Counted from the stretch's first letter, positions 1 to 10,716 are shown. The stretch: 64,000 bases of DNA from Clostridiales bacterium (GCA_012841525.1 DUUO01000005.1:129247-193246); one strand, 5' to 3'. A program made the numbers and translations. Notes: a model not told the origin generated them from the letters alone.

Positions 1-201
1 TCAATTTTAGCAATGGTTGGAATAAGATCTTTAACAGAGTTTGCATTACCTATTATATTTGGCTTACTATCTGGTTTATATTCGTCATTATTACTATCGC
101 CGAGTTTATGGGGACTTATGATGCAAGCAAAACTCAAAAACAGTAAGTTAACACCACAAAAATATAAAAACAGAAAAAAACAACTTAAAAAAGCTCGCTA
201 A
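1..201 (+). CDS. secF: SecF/SecDF protein-export membrane protein, C-terminal fragment (5' end upstream of window)
   Basis: Frame 1 is open from base 1 (SILAMVGIRSLTEFALPIIFGLLSGLYSSLLLSPSLW...). The last TM helix plus Lys-rich tail is typical of SecF. The secDF-recJ-relA order matches Bacillus/Clostridia. Confidence 0.6.
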   Translation, partial: SILAMVGIRSLTEFALPIIFGLLSGLYSSLLLSPSLWGLMMQAKLKNSKLTPQKYKNRKKQLKKAR

Positions 202-213
202 GCGAGTTTTTTT
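191..213 (+). terminator. Rho-independent terminator after secF
   Basis: Hairpin CTCGC-TAA-GCGAG (194-206, stop codon in the loop) extended by A/T pairs and followed by a T7 run (207-213). Confidence 0.6.
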
Positions 214-230
214 ATATTAAATTTATTTTT

Positions 231-2516
231 ATGAATGCAAGTCAAGATGTTTTAAAAATCATATCGTATAAACTAGGTATTAATGAAACAATAATATCTC
301 TTTTATTCGATCGTGGACTCAATACTGAAGAAAAAATTAAAACATTTTTGTATGGTTCATTAGATGATTTAGAACCTGTAAGCATTTTTACTGATGGCGT
401 AAAAATTAAAAATTTAATATTAAAGCATTTAAGCCAAAATTCTAAAATAATAATATATGGTGACTATGATTGCGATGGAATTCTGGCTTCTAGCATGCTA
501 TATCTTTCCCTTAAAAAAATAGGGGCAAATGTTGAAGTTTTTATTCCAGATAGAAAAGAGGATGGATATGGCTTAAATCTTTCATCCCTTTCAAACATAA
601 TTGATTCAAAAAAACCCAATTTAATCATAACAGTAGATTGTGGAATAACCTCTGTTTCTGAAGTTAATTTTTTGCAGAAAAGAGGAGTTGATATCATTAT
701 CACAGATCATCATGTTCCTTCAAATGAGCTGCCAAACTGTTTAATTATGAATCCCCATCTTACAAAAGGATCGACTCCTCTTTGTGGTGCTGGAGTTGCA
801 TATAAATTAATTCAAATTTTATTTGGTGAAAAAGAATCACAACAATATCTTGATCTGTGTGCTATTGCTACAATTGCTGACATAGTTCCTTTGGTAGGTG
901 ATAATAGAATTTTAGCAAAAGAAGGCTTAAATGTTTTATCTGGTTATGTAAAACGAACTGGCCTTCAATATTTGTTAAATGAATTAAATTTATCATATCC
1001 TAAAAAAATTAAATCTTCTGATATTTCATTTAAGATTGCTCCTACCTTAAATTCATCTGGACGTCTTTCTAATGCTCAAAAATCATTTGAATTAATGACA
1101 ACTCGTAACGAAAAATATGCAAAAGTATTATCGAAAGAACTAGTCATTGAAAATGAAGAAAGAAAAAATATAACTGATGATGTTTTTAATAAAGCAAATG
1201 TTCTGTTAATTGATTATAATTTAGCACATAACGCAATTATAGTTTTAAAAGACAACTGGGAAGCTGGTGTTCTTGGTATTGCTGCAAGTTCATTAGCAAA
1301 TAAATTCAATAGGCCAGTCATTCTTTTTTCAAAAGATGGTGACATGTTAAAGGGTTCTTGTAGAAGTATAAAAGGCGTCAATATTTTAGATTTACTAAAT
1401 GAATGTTCAGGCTTAATAGAAAATTATGGTGGACATTCTATGGCGGCAGGATTAACTCTTAAAAATGAAAATTTTGATTTTTTTGTTAAAAAAATTAATT
1501 TACTTGCAAAACAAATATATGCCCCTGATGTATTTAAGCATAAATTTTACTATGATATTGAACTTGATTTTGATGATTTAGATATTAATTTTGCAAATCA
1601 ATTAGCACTTCTAGAACCATATGGCTCTGCTAATAATAAACCAATTTTTAAGACTTCTAAAAATACAATTGAAGTTGAGCAAATAAAATTACACCCACAT
1701 TTAAAATCAAAGCTAAATAATGGTGTTGAATTAATAATGTTTAATAAACTTGAACACTTCCATTTACTAAAAAGCGGACTATCAAAAAACTTATATTATT
1801 ATATCGATATTAATGAATTTCGCAATAAAAAAACAATTCAATGCAATATATTGGATATTGAATATACTAATAATTATTTGGATGATTCTTTTCTAGATCT
1901 TGAAATATTAAATCGCTATATTGTAAATTATGACAACAATAAAAAATCATTAAAAAAGAAACACTATTCATCAACAGAAAATTTTGGTAAGGTGTTGTTG
2001 GTTTTTACAAAAAAAACATTTGATTTACTATCATCAAAATTTCCTGAATATAATAAAAATATTATAAAACTTTATTCTTCAAATGCATTTAATACTATTT
2101 TGCTAGCACCATCTAAAAAAGAGTCTTTTGATTATTTTGAAGAGATAATCGTATATGATGATCCACCAAATGAATATTTAGAAAATTTAATTTTAAAATA
2201 TGGAAATATTGTAAAGAAAGGTGATATTAGCCACTTAAGCTCAATAGATTTTAAAAATTATAATTTTAACAGAAATAAACTAGTAAAGACATTTTATGCT
2301 ATTCGATCTTCTGAAGATAAAAAACTAACATCGATCTATAATGCAATTAAAAAAACTGATCATATGTTAAATGATTTTGATTGGTTTGCAAGTTTATTGA
2401 TTTTTAAAGAATTAAACATCATTTCCATCGATGAAGGAATATTACAAATTTCAAACGAAAAAAGAAATTTAAATGATTCAAAAATATTTACTTTAATAAA
2501 AAATAAAGATAATTAA
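231..2516 (+). CDS. recJ: Single-stranded-DNA-specific exonuclease RecJ
   Basis: 761 aa. DHH-family motifs are present (GDYDCDG, ITVDCG, ITDHH, GGHSMAAG) with a long C-terminal extension as in Firmicutes RecJ. Confidence 0.9.
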   Translation: MNASQDVLKIISYKLGINETIISLLFDRGLNTEEKIKTFLYGSLDDLEPVSIFTDGVKIKNLILKHLSQNSKIIIYGDYDCDGILASSMLYLSLKKIGANVEVFIPDRKEDGYGLNLSSLSNIIDSKKPNLIITVDCGITSVSEVNFLQKRGVDIIITDHHVPSNELPNCLIMNPHLTKGSTPLCGAGVAYKLIQILFGEKESQQYLDLCAIATIADIVPLVGDNRILAKEGLNVLSGYVKRTGLQYLLNELNLSYPKKIKSSDISFKIAPTLNSSGRLSNAQKSFELMTTRNEKYAKVLSKELVIENEERKNITDDVFNKANVLLIDYNLAHNAIIVLKDNWEAGVLGIAASSLANKFNRPVILFSKDGDMLKGSCRSIKGVNILDLLNECSGLIENYGGHSMAAGLTLKNENFDFFVKKINLLAKQIYAPDVFKHKFYYDIELDFDDLDINFANQLALLEPYGSANNKPIFKTSKNTIEVEQIKLHPHLKSKLNNGVELIMFNKLEHFHLLKSGLSKNLYYYIDINEFRNKKTIQCNILDIEYTNNYLDDSFLDLEILNRYIVNYDNNKKSLKKKHYSSTENFGKVLLVFTKKTFDLLSSKFPEYNKNIIKLYSSNAFNTILLAPSKKESFDYFEEIIVYDDPPNEYLENLILKYGNIVKKGDISHLSSIDFKNYNFNRNKLVKTFYAIRSSEDKKLTSIYNAIKKTDHMLNDFDWFASLLIFKELNIISIDEGILQISNEKRNLNDSKIFTLIKNKDN

Positions 2517-2698
2517 CTTAAAAAACAATTTAATAATTAATGCAACTTTTATTGAGTAATATTTGCATTTAGTGATATTAATACATTTAGTGTTTGGTAT
2601 ATTGTAAAAATACTAAGTTTTTTATTTAGTAATATGATAAAATCTTTAGTGCTATAGATAATTTTTTAATGATATAATATAGAAAGGTAATTTATATT

Positions 2699-4873
2699 AT
2701 GAAAAATATAACAGACAAAGAATTTTTAGAAAAAATAAAAGACATTTATTCAAAAGAAGAATGTTCTCTTATTTCTTATGCTCTTGATTTTGCTAAAGAG
2801 ATGCATAAAGGACAAAAAAGAATGTCTGGTGAGCCATACTATAAGCATCCATTAGAAGCTGCAAACATCTTACTTGATTACTCATTAGATAGTGCAAGTA
2901 TATGTGCTGCTTTATTACATGATGTCATTGAAGATACTGAATTTTCTGAAGAAGAAATGCGCTTAAAATTTGGAGATGAAATTACAAATTTAATCGTAGG
3001 TGTTACAAAATTATCAAAAATTAAATTTAGATCAAAAGAAGAAGAACAGGCTGAAAATTTCAGAAAATTGTTTTTCTCAATTGCTGAAGATATTAGAGTT
3101 ATTTTTATTAAACTTGCTGATAGATTACATAATATGAGAACACTAAGTGCTCTTCCACAAGAAAAACAATTGCGAATTGCCAGTGAAACTCTTGATATCT
3201 ATGCTCCAATAGCAAGTAGAATAGGTCTATATAAAATTAAATCCGAATTGGAAGATCTATGCTTTAAACATTTATATCCAGAAGAATATTTGTCTTTATC
3301 TCAAATTTTAAAAAACAAAAAAGACTTTTATTTGCAAATGGTTGATCAAATTTCCTCTAAACTTGATAAAGAATTAAAACATGTTGGTATAAAAGCCGAA
3401 ATTAAAGGAAGACCTAAACATCTGTACAGTGTTTTTTTGAAAACAAAAAGACAAAATAAAACGGTTAGTCAAATTAGTGATTTAATTGCAGTTCGTGTTA
3501 TTGTTAATGATATTAGAGAATGTTATGCAACTCTTGGGATTATTCATTCAATTTGGAAGCCAGTACCTGGGCGATTTAAAGATTATATAGCGATGCCTAA
3601 ACCAAACAACTACCAATCACTTCATACAACAGTTATTTCGGAATATGGACAAATTTTTGAAGTTCAAATTAGAACGGTTGAAATGAACAAAATTGCTGAA
3701 TATGGTGTCGCTGCGCATTGGAAATATAAGGAAGGTAAATCAGATAAAAAATCATCTAAATATGACGAAAAATTTAGTTGGATTCAAGAAGTCTTAGATT
3801 CTGAAATTGATATAAAAGATAGTACAGAATTTTTAGATGCATTAAAGCTTAATGTTGCAATTAATGAAATTTATGTATTCACTCCCAAGGGAGATGTAAT
3901 AGACCTGCCTGCTAAGTCAACAGCAATAGATTTTGCTTATAAAATACATAGTGAAATAGGAAATCAATGTGTTGGAGTTAAAATTAATGGAAAAATGCTC
4001 CCGATTAACACACAGCTTGAAACTGGAGATTTAGTTGAAATAATTACAAATAAAAACAGCAAAGGCCCTAGTAGGGATTGGCTTAAGTTTGTTGTTTCAC
4101 CACAAGCAAAATCAAAAATTAAAACTTTCTTCAAAAAAACAATGAAGGAAGAAAATATCAAAAGTGGTAGAGAGACACTTGAAAAAGAAGCAAAGAAAAG
4201 GGGTTATAAACTTTCTGAATTGCTTGAGATTGAAGAAAATTTAAAATACATTATTAATAGATATTCTTTGACTTCTTTAGATGATTTATATGCATCTATT
4301 GGTTATGGGGGCTTATCTGCAAATCAAATATTATTAAAATTAATTGATAAATACAAAAAATATCAAGCAATTTATAATCCAGAACAACTCCCTGAAATCA
4401 TATCAAAACAAAACCAAACAAAAAAAAGCAAATCAACTAGCGGCATCTTAATTGAAGGTTTTGATGATTTTTTAGTAAGATTAAGCAAATGCTGTAATCC
4501 TGTACCAGGAGACAATATAATAGGTTATGCTGCACGTGGCACTGGTATCTCTGTGCATCGTGCTGATTGTCCAAATGTAAAATCAATGGAAAAAGAACGA
4601 ATACTTGATGCAAAGTGGGCGGTAGAAGAAGGTTCTGTATTTACAGCAAAAGTTAAAGTAGAAACAATTGATAAAGCAGGCATTGTTCATTCTATAATTC
4701 AATTATTAGCAAATTATAATATTTCTATTGACAATCTTGAAATACATAAGCAATCTTTTGGAAAAACAGCAATTGATCTAGGGGTGCAAATTAAAACTAA
4801 GGATGACTTGGATTTTGTTATAAAAAAAATTAGCGAAATGCCAAACATTATTAAAGTTTCTAGATCTATTTAA
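2699..4873 (+). CDS. relA: Bifunctional (p)ppGpp synthetase/hydrolase (RelA/SpoT homolog, Rel)
   Basis: 724 aa. It has the HD hydrolase motif (LLHDVIEDT), a synthetase domain (YQSLHTTV, FEVQIRT), and TGS and ACT C-terminal domains. SD-like AGAAAGG lies upstream. Confidence 0.92.
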   Translation: MKNITDKEFLEKIKDIYSKEECSLISYALDFAKEMHKGQKRMSGEPYYKHPLEAANILLDYSLDSASICAALLHDVIEDTEFSEEEMRLKFGDEITNLIVGVTKLSKIKFRSKEEEQAENFRKLFFSIAEDIRVIFIKLADRLHNMRTLSALPQEKQLRIASETLDIYAPIASRIGLYKIKSELEDLCFKHLYPEEYLSLSQILKNKKDFYLQMVDQISSKLDKELKHVGIKAEIKGRPKHLYSVFLKTKRQNKTVSQISDLIAVRVIVNDIRECYATLGIIHSIWKPVPGRFKDYIAMPKPNNYQSLHTTVISEYGQIFEVQIRTVEMNKIAEYGVAAHWKYKEGKSDKKSSKYDEKFSWIQEVLDSEIDIKDSTEFLDALKLNVAINEIYVFTPKGDVIDLPAKSTAIDFAYKIHSEIGNQCVGVKINGKMLPINTQLETGDLVEIITNKNSKGPSRDWLKFVVSPQAKSKIKTFFKKTMKEENIKSGRETLEKEAKKRGYKLSELLEIEENLKYIINRYSLTSLDDLYASIGYGGLSANQILLKLIDKYKKYQAIYNPEQLPEIISKQNQTKKSKSTSGILIEGFDDFLVRLSKCCNPVPGDNIIGYAARGTGISVHRADCPNVKSMEKERILDAKWAVEEGSVFTAKVKVETIDKAGIVHSIIQLLANYNISIDNLEIHKQSFGKTAIDLGVQIKTKDDLDFVIKKISEMPNIIKVSRSI

Positions 4874-5013
4874 TACATATTGTTTTAGAAAAATTTTTTT
4901 GTATTTTTAACTAACATAAGTCCATATAGAAAAGTTTATATAAAATCAAATAAATTTAAGATTTTTCTTTGCTGTTTTTTATCAAATCATTTAGTTAAAA
5001 TTAATTTTTTTAT

Positions 5014-5043
5014 TTGACACAAGTAATCATAATAATGTATATT
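5014..5043 (+). promoter_or_regulatory. Candidate sigma-A promoter for the tRNA cluster
   Basis: TTGACA (5014-5019), an 18-nt spacer, then TATATT (5038-5043) preceded by TG, about 55 nt upstream of the first tRNA. Confidence 0.4.
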
Positions 5044-5096
5044 AATAAAGACGCTAAAAAGATTTTATTAAACATAATAAGTGTTGAGTATTTCGG

Positions 5097-5173
5097 CGGG
5101 GTGTGGCGCAATTTGGTAGCGCACTTGGTTTGGGACCAAGGGGTTGGGAGTTCAAATCTCTTCACCCCGACCA
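5097..5173 (+). tRNA. tRNA-Pro (anticodon TGG)
   Basis: Acceptor CGGGGTG/CACCCCG, anticodon stem CTTGG/CCAAG with loop TTTGGGA, T-loop TTCAAAT, encoded CCA. Confidence 0.9.
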
Positions 5174-5203
5174 TAATCTAGCACTTTATAAGATCTAATA
5201 TTA

Positions 5204-5280
5204 GGGCCTTTAGCTCAGTTGGTCAGAGCGGTCGGCTCATAACCGATTGGTCCGCGGTTCGAGTCCGTGAAGGCCCACCA
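5204..5280 (+). tRNA. tRNA with CAT anticodon (elongator Met or lysidine-type Ile2; not initiator)
   Basis: Acceptor GGGCCTT/AAGGCCC, anticodon loop CTCATAA, T-loop TTCGAGT, CCA end. The body resembles tRNA-Ile and lacks the three G-C pairs of an initiator anticodon stem. Confidence 0.85.
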
Positions 5281-5312
5281 AAAGAAACTTTTAATTTAAT
5301 AAACATAATAGT

Positions 5313-5389
5313 GGTCCGGTAGTTCAGATGGTTAGAACGCTAGCCTGTCACGCTAGAGGCCGAGGGTTCGAGTCCCTTCCGGATCGCCA
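5313..5389 (+). tRNA. tRNA-Asp (anticodon GTC)
   Basis: Acceptor GGTCCGG/CCGGATC (one G-U pair), anticodon stem CTAGC/GCTAG with loop CTGTCAC, discriminator G, CCA end. Confidence 0.9.
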
Positions 5390-5393
5390 ATAT

Positions 5394-5469
5394 GCCTTGG
5401 TAGCTCAGTCGGTAGAGCAAGGGACTGAAAATCCCTGTGTCGTTGGTTCGATTCCGACCCAAGGCACCA
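5394..5469 (+). tRNA. tRNA-Phe (anticodon GAA)
   Basis: Acceptor GCCTTGG/CCAAGGC, anticodon stem AGGGA/TCCCT with loop CTGAAAA, T-loop TTCGATT, CCA end. Confidence 0.9.
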
Positions 5470-5479
5470 TAATGGATGT

Positions 5480-5555
5480 GCTGGCTTAGCTCAACAGGCA
5501 GAGCAGCTGATTTGTAATCAGCAGGTTGTTGGTTCGATTCCGATAGCCAGCTCCA
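5480..5555 (+). tRNA. tRNA-Thr (anticodon TGT)
   Basis: Acceptor GCTGGCT/AGCCAGC, anticodon stem GCTGA/TCAGC with loop TTTGTAA, T-loop TTCGATT, CCA end. Confidence 0.9.
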
Positions 5556-5561
5556 TTATTA

Positions 5562-5646
<85 letters not shown>

Positions 5647-5680
5647 AAAAAGGGAGTTGTTATAACAACTCCCTTTTTTA
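5647..5680. terminator. Bidirectional rho-independent terminator (tRNA cluster on +, protease gene on -)
   Basis: Perfect hairpin GGGAGTTGT-TATA-ACAACTCCC (5652-5673) flanked by an A6 run on the left and a T6 run on the right. Confidence 0.75.
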
Positions 5681-5705
5681 TACTATTATTTATTTTTTTA
5701 TTTTT

Positions 5706-7046
5706 TTAATATCCTATAACTTGATGGGGCGTATTTCCAAAAACATTAGGTATTATTTTTATTCTATGAGATTTTGTTGTCCCATGTGAATTTACTTTCA
5801 TTGTTATGGTTGAATTTATTGATTTTCCCTTTAAAATGCTGCTTAAATCTTCTAATGTATTAACATTAACGCCGTCAATTGATAATATTTTATCTCCAGA
5901 ATAAAATTGATTAGCAGTTGCAATTTGTTTATCACTATTTCTATTTGCATTAAACCATGCAATGCTTCCATAAGGGCTTATTGATTGTATGAATACACCA
6001 TTTGCATTTCCAACAACTGTTACTCCAAGCTTTGCTTTTTGAAAAGTTTCATCAACGCTTCCATAAACATATTTATCACCTAATTTTTCTTTGCCAGCAC
6101 TATTAATTATTTGATTCGCTACTCTTATGGCATCTAAACTATCTTTACTATTATCAGTTACTTTAATTGCATATCCAATAGAGTCAATATCCGTTCCTAC
6201 ATTTTTTGCAACAACTATACCAATTAATCTGCCATGACCATCAAAAAGAGGGCCACCAGAATTTCCAGGGTTTACTGAAGCATCTGTTTGAATAACTTCT
6301 TTTTCTGTTGCATCCAAAGTAATAGTTCTTTCACTACTAATAATTCCCTTAGATACACTAAAATCCAGCCCTACAGGAGTACCAATTACAACAACAACTT
6401 CACCTCTTTTGAATTCTACAGTTTCTTTTCTTAATTTTGGAATGCTTTCCACATTAAAATCAGCAGGTTTAGGGACAGAAAGTATTGCTATATCATGATT
6501 TTCGCTACCACCAACTAATGTAGCATAAACCTTATTATTATTATCATTATTATCATCATTATTGTTATCAAATAAAACCGTAACATTATGCGGATTTGTC
6601 AAAACATGTGCACAAGTCATAATAAATAAAACAGGATTTTCTTTGCCATCTAATTTTTGCTTACCTTCAGCAAACACCACACCAGAACCTTGAGAGGTAT
6701 ATCGTCCATATTGGTCTTCATTAATAGTTATTTTTACGACTGAATCGATAACTTTATCAACTAATTCAATTGTGTCAAGACTGTTAGTTTCCGTTGCAAC
6801 ATTTGTATCATCAGAGTATTTATATGCAGGACTGATTTCATATTCATATCTTTTTACTTTTGCATCAGGGGTAAAGCTTTCAGTTATGATATCATCAGAT
6901 TGATTGTTTGGTTGATTATTTGGAGTAGTATTTTGTTCAGCATCAGTTAAAAAGAAACCTGCACAACCAGTCAATGTAAAGATAGTTCCAACAATAACTA
7001 TTAATAACACAATTAGTATATTTCTTGATTTTTTTGTCACACTCAT
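5706..7046 (-). CDS. Lipoprotein-anchored trypsin-like serine protease with C-terminal PDZ domain (HtrA/DegP family)
   Basis: 446 aa. N-terminal signal peptide with lipobox LTGC. Catalytic triad context TCAHVL / HDIAIL / GNSGGPLF, with a PDZ-like C-terminus. An Asn/Asp-rich insert (NNNDDNNDNNN) lies between the His and Asp. Confidence 0.85.
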   Translation of the reverse strand: MSVTKKSRNILIVLLIVIVGTIFTLTGCAGFFLTDAEQNTTPNNQPNNQSDDIITESFTPDAKVKRYEYEISPAYKYSDDTNVATETNSLDTIELVDKVIDSVVKITINEDQYGRYTSQGSGVVFAEGKQKLDGKENPVLFIMTCAHVLTNPHNVTVLFDNNNDDNNDNNNKVYATLVGGSENHDIAILSVPKPADFNVESIPKLRKETVEFKRGEVVVVIGTPVGLDFSVSKGIISSERTITLDATEKEVIQTDASVNPGNSGGPLFDGHGRLIGIVVAKNVGTDIDSIGYAIKVTDNSKDSLDAIRVANQIINSAGKEKLGDKYVYGSVDETFQKAKLGVTVVGNANGVFIQSISPYGSIAWFNANRNSDKQIATANQFYSGDKILSIDGVNVNTLEDLSSILKGKSINSTITMKVNSHGTTKSHRIKIIPNVFGNTPHQVIGY

Positions 7047-7187
7047 TTCTCCATATATATAGCTAAATTTATTATTATAATTATACTATATAAAAGCAAT
7101 AAAAGTATAAGATTTTTGTTACACTTCATTAAAATATTAGAATATATATGTTATCATAAGGGTTGTAGAAAAAAATGAGGTTATAAA

Positions 7188-8201
7188 ATGGAAATTACTT
7201 ATATTTCAAGTCCTTCAAATTTATTATATTATTCATCACTAAAAAATGATGATGCCAGAATTTTACTATGTGAAGATAAAAAATATTATATTACTGATGC
7301 AAGATTTATTTCTGTTGCACAGAAAGAATTAAAAGATTTTGTTGTTATTTTAGATGACAAATTTTCCATACTTGAAAAATCAATAGAAGTTATAAAAAAA
7401 TTAAATCCTAGTATTTTAAGAGTTGAAGGAAATGAATTAAATATGCTTGAATACTTAAAATTAAAGTCATCTCTTAGAAATTTAGAAATTATTGATGATT
7501 TTAAAAATATAAATAAAAAACGAATTTCAAAAAATCAAAACGAATTAAACTTCATTACAAAAGCTCAAGAAATAACTGATTTAATTTATATGGAAATAGT
7601 AAAAGAGATCTATGAGGGCATAACTGAAATTGAACTTGCAGAATTAATTAATAAAAAAATTTATATAAAAAAATGTACACCTTCTTTTGATACTATAGTT
7701 GCTTTTGGCGAAAATTCTGCTAGCCCGCATTCAATTCCTACAAACAAAAAATTAGAAATAGGAAATGCTGTAGTTATAGACTTTGGTGTAAAATACAATC
7801 ATTATTGTTCTGATATGACTAGGTCGTTTTCATATAAAACAGCAACTGATGAATATATAAAAGCATATAACAATGTTTTAAGCACTCAAAACAAAGCAAT
7901 AAATAATGTTAAAATGGGTATAAAAGTTTCAGAGCTTGATAATATTGCAAGAGAAAGTCTTGGAACATATCAACAATATTTTAATCATTCCTTAGGCCAT
8001 GGTGTAGGCATTGATATTCATGAAAATCCACGACTTTCAAAATTCTCTGAAGAAATACTGGAACTAAATTGTGTCATAACAATTGAGCCTGGGATATATA
8101 TTAAAAATAAATTTGGAATTAGAATAGAAGATTTAATTGTTGTACAACAACAAAGTGCTCTAAACTTGACAAAATCACCTAAAAATATGATAATTAAATA
8201 A
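7188..8201 (+). CDS. pepP: Xaa-Pro aminopeptidase/dipeptidase (M24B family)
   Basis: 337 aa. Metal-ligand motifs are present ([37 protein letters not shown]). The pepP-efp arrangement is common in Firmicutes. Confidence 0.8.
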   Translation: MEITYISSPSNLLYYSSLKNDDARILLCEDKKYYITDARFISVAQKELKDFVVILDDKFSILEKSIEVIKKLNPSILRVEGNELNMLEYLKLKSSLRNLEIIDDFKNINKKRISKNQNELNFITKAQEITDLIYMEIVKEIYEGITEIELAELINKKIYIKKCTPSFDTIVAFGENSASPHSIPTNKKLEIGNAVVIDFGVKYNHYCSDMTRSFSYKTATDEYIKAYNNVLSTQNKAINNVKMGIKVSELDNIARESLGTYQQYFNHSLGHGVGIDIHENPRLSKFSEEILELNCVITIEPGIYIKNKFGIRIEDLIVVQQQSALNLTKSPKNMIIK

Positions 8202-8229
8202 ATTTAATTTAGAAAAAGGGGAATTTAAT

Positions 8230-8796
8230 ATGGCATATATTACCGCAGGAGACTTTAGAAAAGGAATAACTTTTGAATTAGATAATGGAAGTGTACAAGT
8301 CGTTGTAGATTTTCAACATGTTAAACCTGGAAAAGGTGCTGCTTTTGTAAGAGCAAAAATTAGAAATGTAATGACAGGTGGAGTTATTGAAAGAACTTTT
8401 AATCCTAGTGATAAGTTTGAATTAGCAAGAATAGAAAGAAAAAAAATGACTTATAGTTATTCTGATGGAGATTTATATTATTTTATGGATGATGAAACTT
8501 ATGAAATTATTCCATTAGGTCAAGATTTAGTATCAAATGCTCTAAATTTTATTAAAGAAAACAGTACAGTAGAAGTTTCATTTTATAAAGGTAGTGCATT
8601 CAATGTAGATCCAGAAAATTTTGTTGATCTTAAAGTAATTGAGTGTGAACCTGGAATTGCAGGAGCAACAGCTCAACCAGGAACTAAAACAGCAAAACTT
8701 GAAACTGGATTTTCAATTCAAGTGCCATTATTTATAAATGAAGGTGAAATGATTAGAGTTGATACGAGAACTGGAGAATACATGTCAAGGTCATAA
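8230..8796 (+). CDS. efp: Translation elongation factor P
   Basis: 188 aa with the KPGKGAAF loop carrying the conserved modified Lys. SD AAAAGGGG lies upstream. Confidence 0.95.
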   Translation: MAYITAGDFRKGITFELDNGSVQVVVDFQHVKPGKGAAFVRAKIRNVMTGGVIERTFNPSDKFELARIERKKMTYSYSDGDLYYFMDDETYEIIPLGQDLVSNALNFIKENSTVEVSFYKGSAFNVDPENFVDLKVIECEPGIAGATAQPGTKTAKLETGFSIQVPLFINEGEMIRVDTRTGEYMSRS

Positions 8797-8797
8797 A

Positions 8798-9127
8798 ATG
8801 TCAGAATTAAAACAGCAAGTTAAAAATAGATACGCATCATTTATTGCTTCAATATGCAACAATGCAATTGAAAAAACTGTTGGCATCTCAAAGGAATCTA
8901 ATTTAGTTAAGTCGCGTATCGCTCGCAATATGCTAAAAGATAAAAATGTACATGTTTATTTTGATGATAATAATATCATAATAGATATGTATGTTAATGT
9001 GGACTTTGGAATATCTATTCCTGAAGTAGTTTGTTCTTTACAAGAATTAATTAAAAATGATGTTGAAAAAGAAACAAGTTTTTCTGTAAAACAAATTAAT
9101 ATTAATGTAACTAATATAAATTTATGA
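8798..9127 (+). CDS. Asp23/Gls24-family (alkaline shock) protein
   Basis: The track ORF starts at 8759 inside efp. The internal ATG at 8798 (MSELKQQ) directly follows the efp stop. The family signature is ...VDFGISIPEV...INVTNI, in the position of B. subtilis yqhY upstream of nusB. Confidence 0.7.
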   Translation: MSELKQQVKNRYASFIASICNNAIEKTVGISKESNLVKSRIARNMLKDKNVHVYFDDNNIIIDMYVNVDFGISIPEVVCSLQELIKNDVEKETSFSVKQININVTNINL

Positions 9128-9543
9128 ATTATAAACTTAGAAAAAAATCTAGAGAAGCAGCGTATAAATTAATTTTTGAAGCTTTATTTTCAGACTTTTT
9201 ACCGAATAAAACGAGTTTAGATAATATTATTCTTAGTGAAGGTCTTCAAGAAGACAAAGATTACATCGAGATTGTTTACTTTGGTGTTTTAGAAAAACAT
9301 AAAGAATTGATGGAAATTATTTCTAAATTTGCTATTGGATTCAAAATAGAACGTATATACAAAGCTGATTTGGCAGCATTGTTTCTTGCAATTTACGAAA
9401 TGAAATATATGGATGATATTCCATTAAATGTTTCAATCGCGGAAGCAGTTGAATTAGTGAAAAGATATTCCACAGAAAAAAGCAGCAGATATGTTAATGG
9501 AATTTTAAGTTCAGTTTTTAAGGAAATAAATAATAGTGAATGA
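9124..9543 (+). CDS. nusB: Transcription antitermination factor NusB
   Basis: 139 aa with RKKSREAAYKLIFE... and a C-terminal KRYSTEKSSRYVNGIL typical of NusB. It overlaps the upstream gene by 4 nt. Confidence 0.9.
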   Translation: MNYKLRKKSREAAYKLIFEALFSDFLPNKTSLDNIILSEGLQEDKDYIEIVYFGVLEKHKELMEIISKFAIGFKIERIYKADLAALFLAIYEMKYMDDIPLNVSIAEAVELVKRYSTEKSSRYVNGILSSVFKEINNSE

Positions 9544-10666
9544 AAATAGACAATATATTACTATAACAGAATTAAATCACCGTTTATCTTCGTTAATATC
9601 GCAAGATAATATTTTACAAGATATTCCAATTGTTGGAGAAATTTCTGCAGTTAAAATTGTACGTGGACATATGTACTGCACAATAAAAGATGAAAATTCT
9701 GCAATTCCATTTATTGTTTTTAACATTAATTCATTTCAATACATTCCAAATGAGGGCGATAAAATACTATCTATAGGTTCCCCAAACTTTTATGAAAAAA
9801 CGGGAAAAGTTTCTTTTATTGCACAATATATTGAGCCTTTTGGCATTGGAAAATTATATGCTGAATTCGAGCAATTAAAGAAAAAGTTATCAGCTGAAGG
9901 TTTATTTAATGAAATACATAAAAAACAATTACCAAAATATCCGACAAAAATTGGTGTTCTAACAAGTAAACAAGGCGCTGTAATTAAAGATATTGTTAGC
10001 ACTATACGAAGAAAAAATCATTTAATAAATATTGAGTTAATTGATATAGCAGTTCAAGGAGAAAATGCAGTAAAAGATATCATAAATGGCTTAAAATTAG
10101 CAGATGAACAAAACTATGATGTTATTATTTTAGCTCGTGGTGGTGGTTCCTTTGAGGATTTAATGCCATTTAACGACGAACAAATCGCTAGAACTATTTT
10201 TGAAATGAAAACATGTTTAGTTTCTGCAATTGGACATGAAACTGACTTTACTATCACAGATTTTGTTGCTGATAAACGTGCTTCAACGCCAACTGCAGCA
10301 GCAGAAATTGTGGCATATAGCGTTTCGGAATTAACAAACGATATTAATGACTTTATGTTTAATATAGAACATAAAATTAATTTAAAAATTCTCAAAGCAC
10401 AACAAAAAATATTTTCAAAAGGAAAAGACATACAGTATTTAGCAGATAGAAAAATAAACAATTATTTAAGTTTACTAAATAAATATGTAGAAAAAATAAA
10501 TATTTTAAATCCAAATAACATTTTACAAAAAGGATATTTCAAAATAAAAAAGGATGAACAGGAAATATATAGTGTTAAAGACTTTTCTGTAGGCGATGAG
10601 CTTGAAATCATTGGCTATGATAGTGAAGTTACCGTTGAAGTCATACAAGTAAAAAAACGAAAATAA
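9536..10666 (+). CDS. xseA: Exodeoxyribonuclease VII large subunit
   Basis: 376 aa. N-terminal OB fold (GEISAVKIVRGHMYCTIKD) and catalytic core (ARGGGSFEDLMPFN, GHETDFT, DKRASTPTAAAE). Confidence 0.9.
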   Translation: MNENRQYITITELNHRLSSLISQDNILQDIPIVGEISAVKIVRGHMYCTIKDENSAIPFIVFNINSFQYIPNEGDKILSIGSPNFYEKTGKVSFIAQYIEPFGIGKLYAEFEQLKKKLSAEGLFNEIHKKQLPKYPTKIGVLTSKQGAVIKDIVSTIRRKNHLINIELIDIAVQGENAVKDIINGLKLADEQNYDVIILARGGGSFEDLMPFNDEQIARTIFEMKTCLVSAIGHETDFTITDFVADKRASTPTAAAEIVAYSVSELTNDINDFMFNIEHKINLKILKAQQKIFSKGKDIQYLADRKINNYLSLLNKYVEKINILNPNNILQKGYFKIKKDEQEIYSVKDFSVGDELEIIGYDSEVTVEVIQVKKRK

Positions 10667-10716
10667 CACATAAAATTTACAAATATTAAAGAATTATTGT
10701 ATATGGAGGCATTATA

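Noticed and set aside
6520-6570. Asn/Asp-rich insert (NNNDDNNDNNN) in the HtrA-like protease as a possible slippage tract
   Set aside because: The codons are mixed (AAT/AAC/GAT), not a perfect DNA repeat. Such low-complexity inserts are typical of very AT-rich genomes.
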